Of a DNA stretch of 64,000 bases, positions 11,001 through 21,419 are shown piece after piece. Made by a program: the position numbers and the translations under genes. The notes beneath the pieces are model-generated. The model searched no databases, was not told the origin of the DNA, and saw only the letters and a program-made list of their open reading frames with translations. The DNA lies in assembly GCA_963707025.1 (NCBI GenBank), contig CAVPOM010000007.1, forward strand, positions 256,001 through 320,000, read 5' to 3'. Source of the stretch: an uncultured Verrucomicrobiae bacterium. Lineage in GTDB: Bacteria > Verrucomicrobiota > Verrucomicrobiia > Limisphaerales > Palsa-1400. Position 1 is the stretch's first letter. Every line of letters begins with the position of its first letter.

Positions 11001-13538
11001 TTACGGTTCGGCGATGATCTTGGCGCGTTCGGTATGGTACTGGAGCGGGCTGATTTCGTCGTTCTTGTAACGGCGATTCAGCTCCTCCAACTTTTGTTCC
11101 TTGGTGAGAGGCGCATTGGCGTCAACGGCCGGGACGGGCGCCGCGGTCGTCTTGGCGGCGGCGGTGGTGGATGTCGGCACGGACCCGCTGGCCTTCGCCG
11201 CTGCTGTCTCGGGGGCGGCAACTTCCGGAGCCTTCTTCTGAGCTTTGGCATTGGCCGCGGCGGCGGCGGCCAGCTTTTTGTCTTCCGCCTGTTTGAGTTT
11301 GGCGTTGGCATTTGCCTCTTTAATGGCCTTTGCTACCGCGGCCTTTCTCTCCTTTTCGGCCTTGGCCGCGGCCGCGGCCGCTTTCGCCGCCTGCTCTTGC
11401 TTCAACTTGCTGGCGGCCATCTCCTCCTCATGTTGGGCTTTGGCCAACTGCGCGGCGGTCAGGTGATTCTTTTCGGCCTCCTTGGCTTGCGCCTTCTCAA
11501 GGGCGGCTTGGGCGGCTTTATCCTGGCGCGCTTTTTCGGCGGCATCCTGCGCGGCTTTGGCCGCGGCGGCGGCCTGTGCCGCCGCTTGGTCCTGGCGCGC
11601 TTTTTCAGCGGCATCCTGCGCGGCTTTGGCTGCGGCGGCGGCCTGTGCCGCCGTTTGGTCCCGGCGCGCTCTTGCGGCGGCATCCTGCGCGGCTTTAGCC
11701 GCGGCGGCGGTCTGTGCCGCCACTTTATCCTGGCGCGCTTTTTCAGCGGCATCCTGCGCGGCTTTGGCCGCGGCGGCGGTCTGTGCCGCCGCTTGGTCCT
11801 GGCGTGCTTTTTCCGCGGCTTGCTGTGCGGCTTTAGCCGCGGCGGCGGCCTGTGCCGCCGCTTGGTCCTGCTTCAATTTGGCGGCGGCCGCCTCCTGGTC
11901 ATGCCGGGCTTTGGCCTGCTGCTCGGCGGCCAGACGATTTTTTTCCGCTTCATTGACTGGCGCTTTCGGAACGGCGGCCTGGACGGCTTGGCCCTGGCGC
12001 GCTCTTTCGGCGGCTTCCTCTGCGGCTCTGGCGGCGGCGGCCTTTGCCGCCGCTTGTTCTTGCTTTAATCTGGCTGCGGCCACCTCCCTTGGAGACGGAA
12101 GCGGGACGATGGTTCCTGCTGAGGCTTGCTGCAAATTGGCGGCGGCCACCTCTTGGTCATGCCGGGCTTTGGCCTGCTGCTCGGCGGCCAGGCGATTTTT
12201 TTCCGCATCACTGACTTGCGCTGTCGCAACGGCGGCTTCCGGTGCGGCAATGGCGGCGGTGCCGGCCTTTGCCGCGGCTTGTTCTTGCTTCAATTTGGCG
12301 GCGGCCACTTCCCCTGGAGACGGAGCCGGGAGGGTGGTTCCTGATTGGGTTTGATTAAATCTGGTGGCGGCCACCTCCTTGACGCGGGTGGTGAAGATGT
12401 CGCCCTGCGCCCGCTCATCATTCAATTTGGCCGCAGCCACGTCCTTGGCAGACGGAGCCGGGACGATGCTTGCTGCTTGGGCTTGCTGCAATCTGGCGGC
12501 GGCCGCCTCTTGGTCGCGCCGGGCTTTGGCCTGTTGCTCGGCGGCCAGAAGATTTTTTTCCGCATTATTGACTTGCGCGGCCGGAGCGGCGGCTTGGACA
12601 ACTTGGTCCTGGCGCACTTTTTCGGCGGTTTCAGGTGCGGCTTTGGCAGCGGCGGCGGCGGCCTTGGCCGCCGCTCGGTCCTGCTTCAATTTGGCCGCGG
12701 CCACCTCCTTGGCAGACGGAGCCGGGAGGATGGTTCCTGCCGGGGCTTGCTGCAATGTGGCGGCGGCCGCCTGCTGGTCACGCTGGGCTATGGCCGGCTG
12801 CTCAGCGGCCAGGGGAATCTTCTCGGCCTCCTTGACTTGCGCTTTCGGAACGGCGGCTTGGACGGCTTGGTCCTGGCGCGCTTTCTCGGCGGCGGCCTTT
12901 GCCGCCGCTTGGTCCTGCTTCAATTTGGCCGCGGCCACCTCCTTTGCGGACGGAGCCGGGAGGATGGTTGCGGCCGGGGCTTGCTGCAATGCGGCGGCGG
13001 CTGCCTCCTGGTCATGCCGGGCCTTGGCCTGCTGCTCGGCGGCCAGGCGATTTTTTTCCGCATCATTGACTTGCGCTTTCGGAACGGCGGCTTGGACGGC
13101 TTGGGCCGGGCGCGCTTTTTCGGCGGCTTCCGGCGCGGCTTTGGCTGCGGCGGCGGCCTTTGCCGCCGCTCGGTCCTGCTTCAATTTGGCCGCGGCCACC
13201 TCCTTTGCAGACGGCGCCGGGAGGATGGTTGCGGCCGGGGCTTGCTGCAATGTGGCGGCGGCCGCCTCCTGGTCATGCCGGGCCTTGGCCTGCTGCTCGG
13301 CGGCCAGCCGCTGCTTTTCGTCCTCCTTGGCTTGATCTTTCGAGGCGCTGGCGGGTTCTTGCCGGGTCTCGTCCACCTGCGTTGGATTGGCGATGACGAC
13401 GGTCTTTTTCTCGGCGTCAAATTTGCGCAGGAGCCGGGCGTCGCTTTCCGTGAGATTGCCGTCCTTGGGGGAAGTGCAGGACACGCCACCGGAAAGACCG
13501 ATGGAACAGGCCAAAATTAACAGGGTGCAGTTTCTCAT
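11001..13538 (-). CDS. Exported (possibly lipo-) protein with long Ala/Gln/Lys repeats and a short SHOCT-like C-terminal helix
   Basis: Start MRNCTLLILACSIGLSGGVSC; tandem repeats; C-terminus LTKEQKLEELNRRYKNDEISPLQYHTERAKIIAEP. Confidence 0.75.
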   Translation of the reverse strand: MRNCTLLILACSIGLSGGVSCTSPKDGNLTESDARLLRKFDAEKKTVVIANPTQVDETRQEPASASKDQAKEDEKQRLAAEQQAKARHDQEAAAATLQQAPAATILPAPSAKEVAAAKLKQDRAAAKAAAAAKAAPEAAEKARPAQAVQAAVPKAQVNDAEKNRLAAEQQAKARHDQEAAAAALQQAPAATILPAPSAKEVAAAKLKQDQAAAKAAAEKARQDQAVQAAVPKAQVKEAEKIPLAAEQPAIAQRDQQAAAATLQQAPAGTILPAPSAKEVAAAKLKQDRAAAKAAAAAAKAAPETAEKVRQDQVVQAAAPAAQVNNAEKNLLAAEQQAKARRDQEAAAARLQQAQAASIVPAPSAKDVAAAKLNDERAQGDIFTTRVKEVAATRFNQTQSGTTLPAPSPGEVAAAKLKQEQAAAKAGTAAIAAPEAAVATAQVSDAEKNRLAAEQQAKARHDQEVAAANLQQASAGTIVPLPSPREVAAARLKQEQAAAKAAAARAAEEAAERARQGQAVQAAVPKAPVNEAEKNRLAAEQQAKARHDQEAAAAKLKQDQAAAQAAAAAKAAQQAAEKARQDQAAAQTAAAAKAAQDAAEKARQDKVAAQTAAAAKAAQDAAARARRDQTAAQAAAAAKAAQDAAEKARQDQAAAQAAAAAKAAQDAAEKARQDKAAQAALEKAQAKEAEKNHLTAAQLAKAQHEEEMAASKLKQEQAAKAAAAAAKAEKERKAAVAKAIKEANANAKLKQAEDKKLAAAAAANAKAQKKAPEVAAPETAAAKASGSVPTSTTAAAKTTAAPVPAVDANAPLTKEQKLEELNRRYKNDEISPLQYHTERAKIIAEP
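11470..13320 (-). repeat. Intragenic tandem repeats (long ~70-90-aa units and short ~23-aa units)
   Basis: Recurrent EKNRLAAEQQAKARHDQEAAAA..LQQA..ILPAPSAKEVAAAKLKQ units, then several QDQAAAQAAAAAKAAQDAAEKAR units; visible in DNA as repeated gcttcaatttggc and tcctggcgcgcttttt. Confidence 0.85.
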
Positions 13539-13575
13539 GCGCCATTTGTACGGGAAAACGGCGGGGAAAGCAAGT

Positions 13576-14601
13576 TCAAGTGCGCAGGCCCATTTCCCGG
13601 CGGAACTGGGCCTTCCAGGCCGCGGGCCAGGCCGAGAGAAGGATGGACCGGGCCATGATGGCGCGGACTTCACGGCGGGTGATTTTGATGCGCCGGGTTT
13701 GGTCCAGCACATTTTCGCCGCGCAATCCGCGCAGGGTCCTGGCGCCAATCAAAACCGGCCACGCGCAGGCCAGGCGCAGGCGCCATTGGCCGCCCGGCAG
13801 CGCGTTGGTGTAATTCCAACCAGCCTGCAAATGGTCCGCGGCGCGATCCAGCCAGGTTTGGTAAAGCGGGCGGAAGCGCGGTTCGCTGGCGGCGGAGCGC
13901 AAGTCCTCCGGCGTCAGGCCGGCCGCCGCCAGGGATTGGCGCGGCAGGTAGCAGCGGCCATTGTTCAAATCGGCCGGGATATCGCGCAGGATGTTCACCA
14001 GTTGCAGGCCCTTGCCAAAACGAATCCCGTCCCGCAGCAGCATCGCCTCATCCACCTGCGCCCGCGAGAAAAGATGGGCGCGGCAGAGGCGCGTCCAGAA
14101 TTCCCCCACGCAACCGGCCACGCGATAAGTATAATCGTCCAGGTCCGCCTCGGTTTCCAGCGCGGGGAGATTCTGGCGCTCGCCGGGTCCGAATCGCTGC
14201 AAGTCCAATTCCTGGCCGCTGATAATGGTGCTCAAGACCTCGCGAATGAGCCGTTTATCCTCCTCCGCCAAATCGTTGAAAACCCGCAACGTCTCTTCAA
14301 CCCGGTCCAGCAATTGCCTTTCCGGCGCCGTCTCATTGCCATGCTGCAAATGGACCTGGTGCAGCGCCGGCGCGGGCGCGCCCAGGATGCGGCTCCGCAA
14401 ATCCGCCAGGGCGCGCAGGCGGGTTGGCGTCGAATCCAGGCGGCTGTCCGCGATGGTGTCGGTGGTGCGGGCCAGCAAATAGGCGATGCCGACCTGCGGC
14501 CGGACGGCGCGGGGCAGAATCCGCACGGTCAAGTAAAACGACCGGGAGGTGTCGCGCAGGAGGGATTGAAGCGATGGGTCAGCCACAGGCAGGGAACTCA
14601 A
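13576..14601 (-). CDS. Squalene/phytoene synthase family protein
   Basis: LRDTSRSFYLT, AYLLARTTDTIAD, LDDYTYRVAGCVGEFWT, GKGLQLVNILRDIPADL..GRCYLP. Confidence 0.92.
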   Translation of the reverse strand: MSSLPVADPSLQSLLRDTSRSFYLTVRILPRAVRPQVGIAYLLARTTDTIADSRLDSTPTRLRALADLRSRILGAPAPALHQVHLQHGNETAPERQLLDRVEETLRVFNDLAEEDKRLIREVLSTIISGQELDLQRFGPGERQNLPALETEADLDDYTYRVAGCVGEFWTRLCRAHLFSRAQVDEAMLLRDGIRFGKGLQLVNILRDIPADLNNGRCYLPRQSLAAAGLTPEDLRSAASEPRFRPLYQTWLDRAADHLQAGWNYTNALPGGQWRLRLACAWPVLIGARTLRGLRGENVLDQTRRIKITRREVRAIMARSILLSAWPAAWKAQFRREMGLRT

Positions 14602-14666
14602 TTATTGGGTTCGGCGGTGAAATGGAAAGCATGAAGGCCATTTTCGAAGCCGAGAAACATATTCGT

Positions 14667-14996
14667 TCAGGATGGCTTTTCATGATCTCCTTTCTTTTTA
14701 GTGGGATTAGCGGGCTTGGACATAATGCCCATGACAAGAAAAAGAATCGCGCCTAAAAGAGCGTTGGCGATGATCGAGAATGGGGCACTTTGAAATAATG
14801 AACCGTTTGGAAAATCCAATCCCATGCATTTAAACAGCAAACCGCTGGGCACAGCTATAATAAGAAGAGCCATCATAGAATAATGGGTATTCTCGTACCA
14901 TACGGCCCAAGATGTTCTGAATCCAAAGATAATGGCACCCCACATCGAAATGAAGAACAGGCGTCGGCTCCTAGGGAATCGCTTTGCTATTTGCAT
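14667..14996 (-). CDS. Small multi-pass membrane hypothetical protein (low GC)
   Basis: 109 aa with three hydrophobic stretches; AT-rich DNA relative to flanks. Confidence 0.55.
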   Translation of the reverse strand: MQIAKRFPRSRRLFFISMWGAIIFGFRTSWAVWYENTHYSMMALLIIAVPSGLLFKCMGLDFPNGSLFQSAPFSIIANALLGAILFLVMGIMSKPANPTKKKGDHEKPS

Positions 14997-15106
14997 AAGA
15001 GTTACTAGAAAGAGTTAATTCTCCACACGCCATTCTCTTTATCGAAATCTACTGCCACTGTTAAGGCGGCTTCTGCCATAACACGAGTAAACGTCTGGCG
15101 GATTCT

Positions 15107-15340
15107 TTACTTTTCTGGGCGTTCAAGCAACATCAGCGCATCATCCGCCGCGACCGGATGTTTATTGCGTTCCGCTTTGCGCCGGGCGAGCAGTTCCCGG
15201 CCGCGTTTGAGCTGGGTCGTATATTGTTTCTCATCTTCGCGCAGGCTGGCCAGATATTTGGCAATGTCGTGTCCATGCTCGGCGGAGATGCGATGCCGCA
15301 CCGCCCTGATTTCTTCGATGGCTTTGTCTGCTGCGTTCAT
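15107..15340 (-). CDS. Small hypothetical protein, putative orphan antitoxin-type
   Basis: MNAADKAIEEIRAVRHRISAEHGHDIAKYLASLREDEKQ; resembles the short 'D..IEEIR.VRH.ISAE.GHD' proteins often seen next to PIN toxins (recognition from memory). Confidence 0.55.
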   Translation of the reverse strand: MNAADKAIEEIRAVRHRISAEHGHDIAKYLASLREDEKQYTTQLKRGRELLARRKAERNKHPVAADDALMLLERPEK

Positions 15341-15369
15341 GCTTCCCAATAGCCCGGGATTAAGGCTCA

Positions 15370-15470
15370 AGGCGGTGGTCGGCGAGGACGCCGACCACCA
15401 CACGCGGGGGCGCGTGTGCTCCCCGGACAAAAGAAGTCACGGCTCGACGGAGTCTTCCACCTTCGCCGGG
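15370..15470. repeat. REP-like short palindromic elements
   Basis: gtggtcggcg-agga-cgccgaccac hairpin, cacacgcg-gggg-cgcgtgtg hairpin; ggctcgacggagtct resembles the reverse complement of 31130-31152. Confidence 0.6.
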
Positions 15471-15517
15471 CCTACGGTGGACAGGCGCCCTGCCGTGAAG
15501 GAATTCGTCGCCGCTCC

Positions 15518-16899
15518 TCATGAGAATTGCTCGCGCCAGCGGGCCAGTTGTTTGGCGACTTCCTTGGTGCCGGGCGCGCCGATCAGGTTTCGTTTGGCCA
15601 TCGCCTCGGGCAAATGGAACACGTCCAGTGCGTCGCGGGCAAAAGTCTTGTCAATGGTTTGCAGTTCCGCGAGCGACAATTTATCCAGCGGCTTGCCGGT
15701 TCTTTCGGCCAGCGCCACGACCGCGCCGATGACGTGGTGGGCCTGGCGGAAGGGCATGCCTTTGCCCACGAGATAGTCGGCCAGGTCCGTCGCCAGCAAC
15801 GCCGGGTCGCCCGCCGCCGCCGCGCAGGCCGCGCGGTTGACCGCCGCGTTTTTCAGCAGCGCCGCCATCAGCCGCACGCAGGCGCGCACGGTGTCGGCGG
15901 TGTCGAAGAGACGTTCCTTGTCCTCCTGCAAATCGCGGTTGTAAGCCATGGGCAAACCCTTGAGCAGCGTCAGCAGCGACACCAGGTTGCCGATGACCCT
16001 GGCGGCCTTGCCGCGCGTCAACTCCGCGACGTCCGGGTTTTTCTTCTGCGGCATGAGCGAGGAACCGGTGGTGAAGGCGTCGGCCAAAGTGATGAAACCA
16101 AATTCGGTCGTGGCCCAAAGAATCAAATCTTCCGCCAGGCGCGAAAGATGCACCGCCAGCAGCGCCGCCGCCGCGCAAAATTCCACGACAAAGTCGCGAT
16201 CGCTGACCGCGTCCATCGAATTTTGCGTCAAGCGCGCAAAGCCGAGCAGGCGCGCCACCAGGGCGCGGTCCAGTGCCAGCGTGGAACCGGCCAGGGCGCC
16301 GCTGCCAAGGGGGCAGACATTGGTTCGCTCATAGCAGTCCAGCAGCCGCTCTGGTCCCGTTCCAGCATTTCGACATAGGCCAGCAGATGATGCGCCAAAT
16401 AAACCGGCTGGGCGCGCTGCAAATGGGTGTAGCCGGGGATGAGCACGTCGGAATACTTTTCGCCGAGACCGACCAGCGCCGCCTGCAAGCCGTGGATGGC
16501 AAAGCGCAGGCCGGCGATTTCCTCGCGCAGCCACAAGCGCATGTCGAGGGCGATTTGATCATTGCGCGAGCGGCCGGTGTGCAGCTTGGCCCCCGCCGGC
16601 TCGCGGGCGGTCAGCGCCGCCTCGATGTTCATGTGGACATCCTCCAAATCCACCCGCCATTTGAATTTGCCCGCGACAATTTCCCTGGCGATGGCGGTGA
16701 GGGCCTTTTCGATGGCGCGCTCCTCCCGGGCGGCGAGCACGCCGATTTTTTTCAACGTGGCGGCATGGGCCAGCGAGCCGAGGATGTCGTGTTCCCACAG
16801 CCTCCAATCAAAGGAAACCGACTGGGTAAACAGGGCCGCGCCGGCATTGACTTCGCCGCGGAACCGCCCGCTGCGTGAAACTGGAGAAGGGCGCTTCAT
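15518..16899 (-). CDS. argH: Argininosuccinate lyase (frameshift near 16350)
   Basis: LEDVHMNIE, KLHTGRSRNDQIALD, PGYTHLQRAQP, PLGSGALAG, TTGSSLMPQKKNPDVAEL. Confidence 0.95.
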
Positions 16900-16994
16900 G
16901 TCAGGCCGTCAATGTGCGGGTGCCTCCACGGAAAGTCACGCCGCAAATAAATGCAGAATGAAGAATGGGCGCAGGACACAATTCTTCGTGGCTC

Positions 16995-17240
16995 GCCCTC
17001 ATCCTAACCTTCTCCCCCTGGGAGAAGGAACAGACTTCGCCCGCCTCGGGTTGGGGGCATGCGCTTCCGGCAAATCCCAGTGCCGGCAATTCGCGAGGTC
17101 GGCGGAGGTTTCACCCTCTCCTGGAGGAGAGGGCCGGGGTGAGGTCGAGCCTTTCCGCTGACTTGGCTTTTTGGTTCGCTCTCATCCTGACGTTTTCCTC
17201 GAGTCCTCGCTCGTGCCTCAAGGAGAGATTAGGAGAGGGA
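16995..17240. repeat. Palindromic intergenic repeat (ccctcatcctaaccttctccc...gggagaagg family)
   Basis: ccttctccc-cct-gggagaagg and ccctctcct-gg-aggagaggg hairpins, with a degenerate third unit at ~17178-17240; related unit at 53312-53366. Confidence 0.6.
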
Positions 17241-17261
17241 AAGCGCACTGCCCTCGCGGGC

Positions 17262-18599
17262 TTAGACCAGCCCCTGGTCCAGCATGGCCTCGCCGACTTT
17301 GCGGAAGCTGGCGGTGTTGGCGCCCACGACGTAGTTGGTGTAGCCATCCTGCTCGCCAAAACGCACGCATTGGTTGTGGATGGCTTTCATGATGTCGCTC
17401 AAACGCTTGTCCACCTCGTCGTTGGTCCACTGCAGGCGCATGCTGTTTTGCGTCATCTCCAGCCCGCTCACCGACACGCCGCCGGCGTTGGCCGCCTTGC
17501 CGGGGCCGAAAAGGATCTTCTTGCCGAGGAAGACTTCGACCGCTTCGGGGGTGGACGGCATGTTGGCGCCCTCGGCCAGGCAGATGCAGCCGTTGCCGGC
17601 GAGGGACTGGGCATCGCTGCCGCTGATTTCGTTTTGCGTGGCGCAGGGCAGCGCGATCTGGCAGGGCACATCCCAGGGCCGTTTGCCCTCGAAATACTCG
17701 CATTTGAACCGGGCGGCGTACTCCTGGATGCGCCCGCGCCGGACGTTCTTGAGTTCCTTGACGAAGGCCACCCGCTCGGCATCCAGGCCCTGCGGGTCAT
17801 GGACGAAGCCGTTGGAGTCGGAGAGGGTCACGACCTTGGCGCCCCGCATCATGGCCTTCTCGGCGGCGAACTGGGCCACGTTGCCCGAACCGGAGATGGC
17901 CACCACTTTGCCGCTGATGGAAATGCCCCGGGTGCGCAGCATTTCTTCGACGAAATAAACCAGGCCGTAACCGGTGGCTTCTTCGCGGACGCGGCTGCCG
18001 CTCCAGTTGATGCCCTTGCCGGTGAGCACCCCGGTGAATTCATTGCGCAGCTTCTTGTATTGGCCGAAGAGGAAGCCGATTTCCCGCCCGCCCACGCCGA
18101 TATCCCCCGCCGGCACGTCGGTGTCCGGCCCGATGTGGCGGCAAAGCTCGCCCATGAAGGCCTGGCAAAAGCGCATCACTTCTTCATCGCTCTTGCCTTT
18201 GGGATCGAAATCGGAGCCGCCCTTGCCCCCGCCCATCGGCAGGGTGGTGAGGGCGTTCTTGAAGACCTGCTCGAAGGCCAGGAACTTGAGGGTGCCGAGC
18301 GTGACGGAGGGATGGAAACGCAGACCGCCTTTGTAAGGCCCGATGGCGCTGTTCATCTGGACGCGGTAGCCGCGGTTGACCTGCACCTCCCCTTTGCGGT
18401 CGATCCAGGTGACGCGAAACAGGATGACCCGTTCCGGCTCGGCCATGCGCTCCAGGATTTTTGCCTTCTGGTATCTCGGGTTCTTCTCGACAAATGGCCA
18501 AACCGACTTGGCAACTTCCGTCACCGCCTGATGAAACTCGGTTTCGGAGGGATAACGCTTCTTGAGCGCGTTGAGGAAACTGGACAGTTCGTTGGGCAT
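17262..18599 (-). CDS. gdhA: NADP-specific glutamate dehydrogenase
   Basis: GPYKGGLRFHPSV, KNALTTLPMGGGKGGSDFDPKGKS, DVPAGDIGVGGREIG, GSGNVAQ, EGANMPST. Confidence 0.97.
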   Translation of the reverse strand: MPNELSSFLNALKKRYPSETEFHQAVTEVAKSVWPFVEKNPRYQKAKILERMAEPERVILFRVTWIDRKGEVQVNRGYRVQMNSAIGPYKGGLRFHPSVTLGTLKFLAFEQVFKNALTTLPMGGGKGGSDFDPKGKSDEEVMRFCQAFMGELCRHIGPDTDVPAGDIGVGGREIGFLFGQYKKLRNEFTGVLTGKGINWSGSRVREEATGYGLVYFVEEMLRTRGISISGKVVAISGSGNVAQFAAEKAMMRGAKVVTLSDSNGFVHDPQGLDAERVAFVKELKNVRRGRIQEYAARFKCEYFEGKRPWDVPCQIALPCATQNEISGSDAQSLAGNGCICLAEGANMPSTPEAVEVFLGKKILFGPGKAANAGGVSVSGLEMTQNSMRLQWTNDEVDKRLSDIMKAIHNQCVRFGEQDGYTNYVVGANTASFRKVGEAMLDQGLV

Positions 18600-18907
18600 A
18601 AATCAATTTCGGCAGTGGGCTGCCGCCAGGCATTAAAAACAGGGCATCGCATCGTGTGCTCATCTGACGACGCCAGCCTAACGGAGTCTCCCCGGAAAGC
18701 ACAATCTCAAAGCGTCCCTCACCGGCCCTGCCCGCTCTCCAACAGAAAGCTGGTCTGCTGAAATGCCCCTTGCCTCTTTCGGCGCCATCACGGAGATCCG
18801 AGCCGGCCGGGAATGTCCGGTTTGGCCGGAACCAATGTGAACCGCGACTGGCGCCGGGCCAGGCTGCGGCCTTGCAGAGCAAGTTGGATCGGCCGCGACC
18901 CGGCCCG

Positions 18908-20593
18908 TCAGGGATGTTGATCCCCAGCTTGCTTTGGCAGAAGATTCCCCGAAGCTTGGAAGGGAAGTTTTTCCGGTTCGCATGCGATTCGCGCCTCTGC
19001 CAGATCGTTGTTCACGAACAGGCCGCCACCCACCACGTCTGCCACGGACACGAACACGCCCGTGCCCCGCGCCGCCTTGCAGTTGCGAATCGAGACTTTG
19101 CCGCCTCTGGAAAGGGCGATGGCCGCCTTGCCGCCATCTTCATGCGCCGGACCGCCGCTGAAGCCGTCAATGTCAAGGTTGTTGAAATCTTCCAATTGAA
19201 TGCCGTGGGAAAAAAACGACGCCAGACCGTCCGCCCATTCGACCTCCAAGCCGTCAATCTTCACCCCGTCGGCGTAGCGGCCATAAAACGCCGGAATATC
19301 ATGGGCGAATATGGCGGTCGCCGCGTCGCGACAGCCGCGCAAATCGAAATTGCCGCCATAGGACTCCTGCAACGGACTGTGGTTGATCCGGATCTTGACG
19401 CCCTGGAAAAGAAGGTCCTGGATGACGCTCTGTTCACACCCGTACACGACAATGCCGCTGGGGCTTTCGGCGGTGATGTTGCGAAAGCGGACGTTCTTGA
19501 TGCGGCCGATTTGCTGGATCTTGGGGTCCCACGGGACGGCGGAAACCTGAATCGGCTCGCCTTTCCCCCACCAATGGCCGGTGACCAGCCGCGTTTGAAT
19601 GACAATGTCTGAGAACAACACATTTTCAACTGAATTGGAACCCCGGACGTTGACCGCCAGGCCGCGATTGCTGTCGAATATCACCAGGTTGGCGAAGACG
19701 CAGTCCCGAATATCCGCTCCGGCAAAGCCCACCCGGACGGCGGCCGAGCGGGAGGAAAGGGTGCAGTTGGCGACGGTGATTCTTTCCCCGCCCAGAACCA
19801 CAATGGAATCGTCGCCGTTTTGAATATCGCAATCGCTGATATGCACCGACCGGGTGTCGGACAGGTCAATCCCATCGTCGTTGGGCACGCGCCGCCCGCC
19901 GCCGAAACTGTTGATGGCCACCCCCGTGATGTTGACCCGTTCGCATTGGACGAAGTGAACCGTCCAGACCGGTGAGTTCCGCAGGGTCACGCCGCTGAGC
20001 AGGATATTGGTGCAGTTAAAAAACCTGAGCATATTGTCAGGCCGGTCCTTTGGCTCCAGCGGACCATCCGCGGTCCCGTATTTGGGATTCATAAAATCCT
20101 CCCCCTGGCGGGTGTACTTCTTTTCGTAATCCAACTCCTCCCTCAGTTTGAGCTTGACGGGGTCCACGAAGAACATGCCGTTTCCTTCGACCACCCCGCG
20201 GCCGGTGATGGCGATGTCGCTGGCGCCCCGGGTAGTCAGCAGCCCGGCCCTGGACGGTTCGGCTCTTCCGGGCACCGGTTCCAGAGCGTAATCTTCAAGA
20301 TTGGTGCTGCCCACGATGACCGCCCCGGCTTCCAACTGCAAGGTGACGTTCTTGAGCAGTTGAATTGAACCGCTGAGATATTCACCAGCCGGAAAAACGA
20401 CCGTTCCTCCTCCCGCCGTCGAACAGGCGCTGATGGCCCGGTTGATGGCTTGGGTGTTCAACGTCCTGCCATCCGGTTTGGCGCCGTAACTGGCAACGCT
20501 GCGCATGACCCCGGCGGATTGCGCCTGCACCCGCGCGCCGAGAGTCAACAGGAACATCAGCGATACGAACCCGCGCGTGTATTTCATGAGCAT
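18908..20593 (-). CDS. Glycoside hydrolase family 28 (polygalacturonase-like beta-helix)
   Basis: Signal peptide, YGAKPDGRTLNTQAINRAI, GGGTVVFPAGEYLSG, PNDDGIDL, NGDDSIVV. Confidence 0.88.
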   Translation of the reverse strand: MLMKYTRGFVSLMFLLTLGARVQAQSAGVMRSVASYGAKPDGRTLNTQAINRAISACSTAGGGTVVFPAGEYLSGSIQLLKNVTLQLEAGAVIVGSTNLEDYALEPVPGRAEPSRAGLLTTRGASDIAITGRGVVEGNGMFFVDPVKLKLREELDYEKKYTRQGEDFMNPKYGTADGPLEPKDRPDNMLRFFNCTNILLSGVTLRNSPVWTVHFVQCERVNITGVAINSFGGGRRVPNDDGIDLSDTRSVHISDCDIQNGDDSIVVLGGERITVANCTLSSRSAAVRVGFAGADIRDCVFANLVIFDSNRGLAVNVRGSNSVENVLFSDIVIQTRLVTGHWWGKGEPIQVSAVPWDPKIQQIGRIKNVRFRNITAESPSGIVVYGCEQSVIQDLLFQGVKIRINHSPLQESYGGNFDLRGCRDAATAIFAHDIPAFYGRYADGVKIDGLEVEWADGLASFFSHGIQLEDFNNLDIDGFSGGPAHEDGGKAAIALSRGGKVSIRNCKAARGTGVFVSVADVVGGGLFVNNDLAEARIACEPEKLPFQASGNLLPKQAGDQHP

Positions 20594-20762
20594 GGATCGT
20601 TTAAGGCCGAAGGGAGTTTGGAGTCAATCACGGAAGCGGCCGCTCCCCAGGCGCGGCCGGGCGCGGTCAATGACTGGATTCGCCGGCAAAGAGAGTGCCG
20701 CTATGGGGTAAATACCCCATATCAGAGGTCTGGCCGATGGTGTAATCTAGCGACAAATGGCT

Positions 20763-21116
20763 ATGAACGCGCATTCTGGCCGCGCAGGCAAAGTCCGCCT
20801 CGTTGCCACCTTCGGCGACTCTCAACTCGTCAAGCGCGCCAGCGGCCGATACGAACTCTGCGGCGCCTCGGCTGCTGACCACACCGACGCCAAGGAATGG
20901 ATGTCGCTCTTCCTTCACGAAGCCATCGTTTCCTCTCCGCCACCACTGCGCGACGTTGCTTTTTGTGAACCGGGGATAAACGTGTCACGGCTCAACGTTC
21001 GCCACTCTGCACGCGGCGTCGGCCCATGTCAGGAGAGCCAAAAACTCTGGGTACCCTTCTTCGGAAACGAAGCTTTGAACTGTCGCTTGCCCAATCGCAA
21101 GCCCCTCCAAGACTGA
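20763..21116 (+). CDS. Small hypothetical protein
   Basis: LVATFGDSQLVKRASGRYELCGASAADHTDAKEWMSLFLHEA looks like a compact conserved domain; 3' extension uncertain. Confidence 0.5.
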   Translation: MNAHSGRAGKVRLVATFGDSQLVKRASGRYELCGASAADHTDAKEWMSLFLHEAIVSSPPPLRDVAFCEPGINVSRLNVRHSARGVGPCQESQKLWVPFFGNEALNCRLPNRKPLQD

Positions 21117-21121
21117 CGGTT

Positions 21122-21313
21122 ATGCGCACAATTTACTACGTGCTCCTTTTCGCTTTCCTGCTTCTGGTCCTCTTTTGCGTAGATTTCCTCCGATGGCTGA
21201 TCTCCAAGTGTCAGCTTGCGCTGCTCTCCGTCCGCCTATGGCTTCCCTCTCGCCGTCGAGGATGGAGGGGACATTCCCCCATGAAGACTGGCCCCTCGCG
21301 CCGGAGTTGCTGA
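21122..21313 (+). CDS. Small hydrophobic hypothetical protein
   Basis: MRTIYYVLLFAFLLLVLFCVDFLRWLI; single TM helix. Confidence 0.3.
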   Translation: MRTIYYVLLFAFLLLVLFCVDFLRWLISKCQLALLSVRLWLPSRRRGWRGHSPMKTGPSRRSC

Positions 21314-21419
21314 AATTTTCCAAAGAATTGGTCTCATAATTAACTTTGTCGCACAACCGGCTGAAGCCCCTTTTCAACTGGCATACTCCTGCGCTTCACC
21401 AGCTCGCCCCATCGCACCA

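Noticed and set aside
11470..13320. Tandem repeats as a CRISPR array
   Set aside because: The repeats keep the reading frame of one long ORF, have no unique spacers, and no cas genes are nearby.
20960..21005. Possible attC end (ggctcaacgttcgcc) before a small ORF
   Set aside because: No convincing complementary left arm was found.
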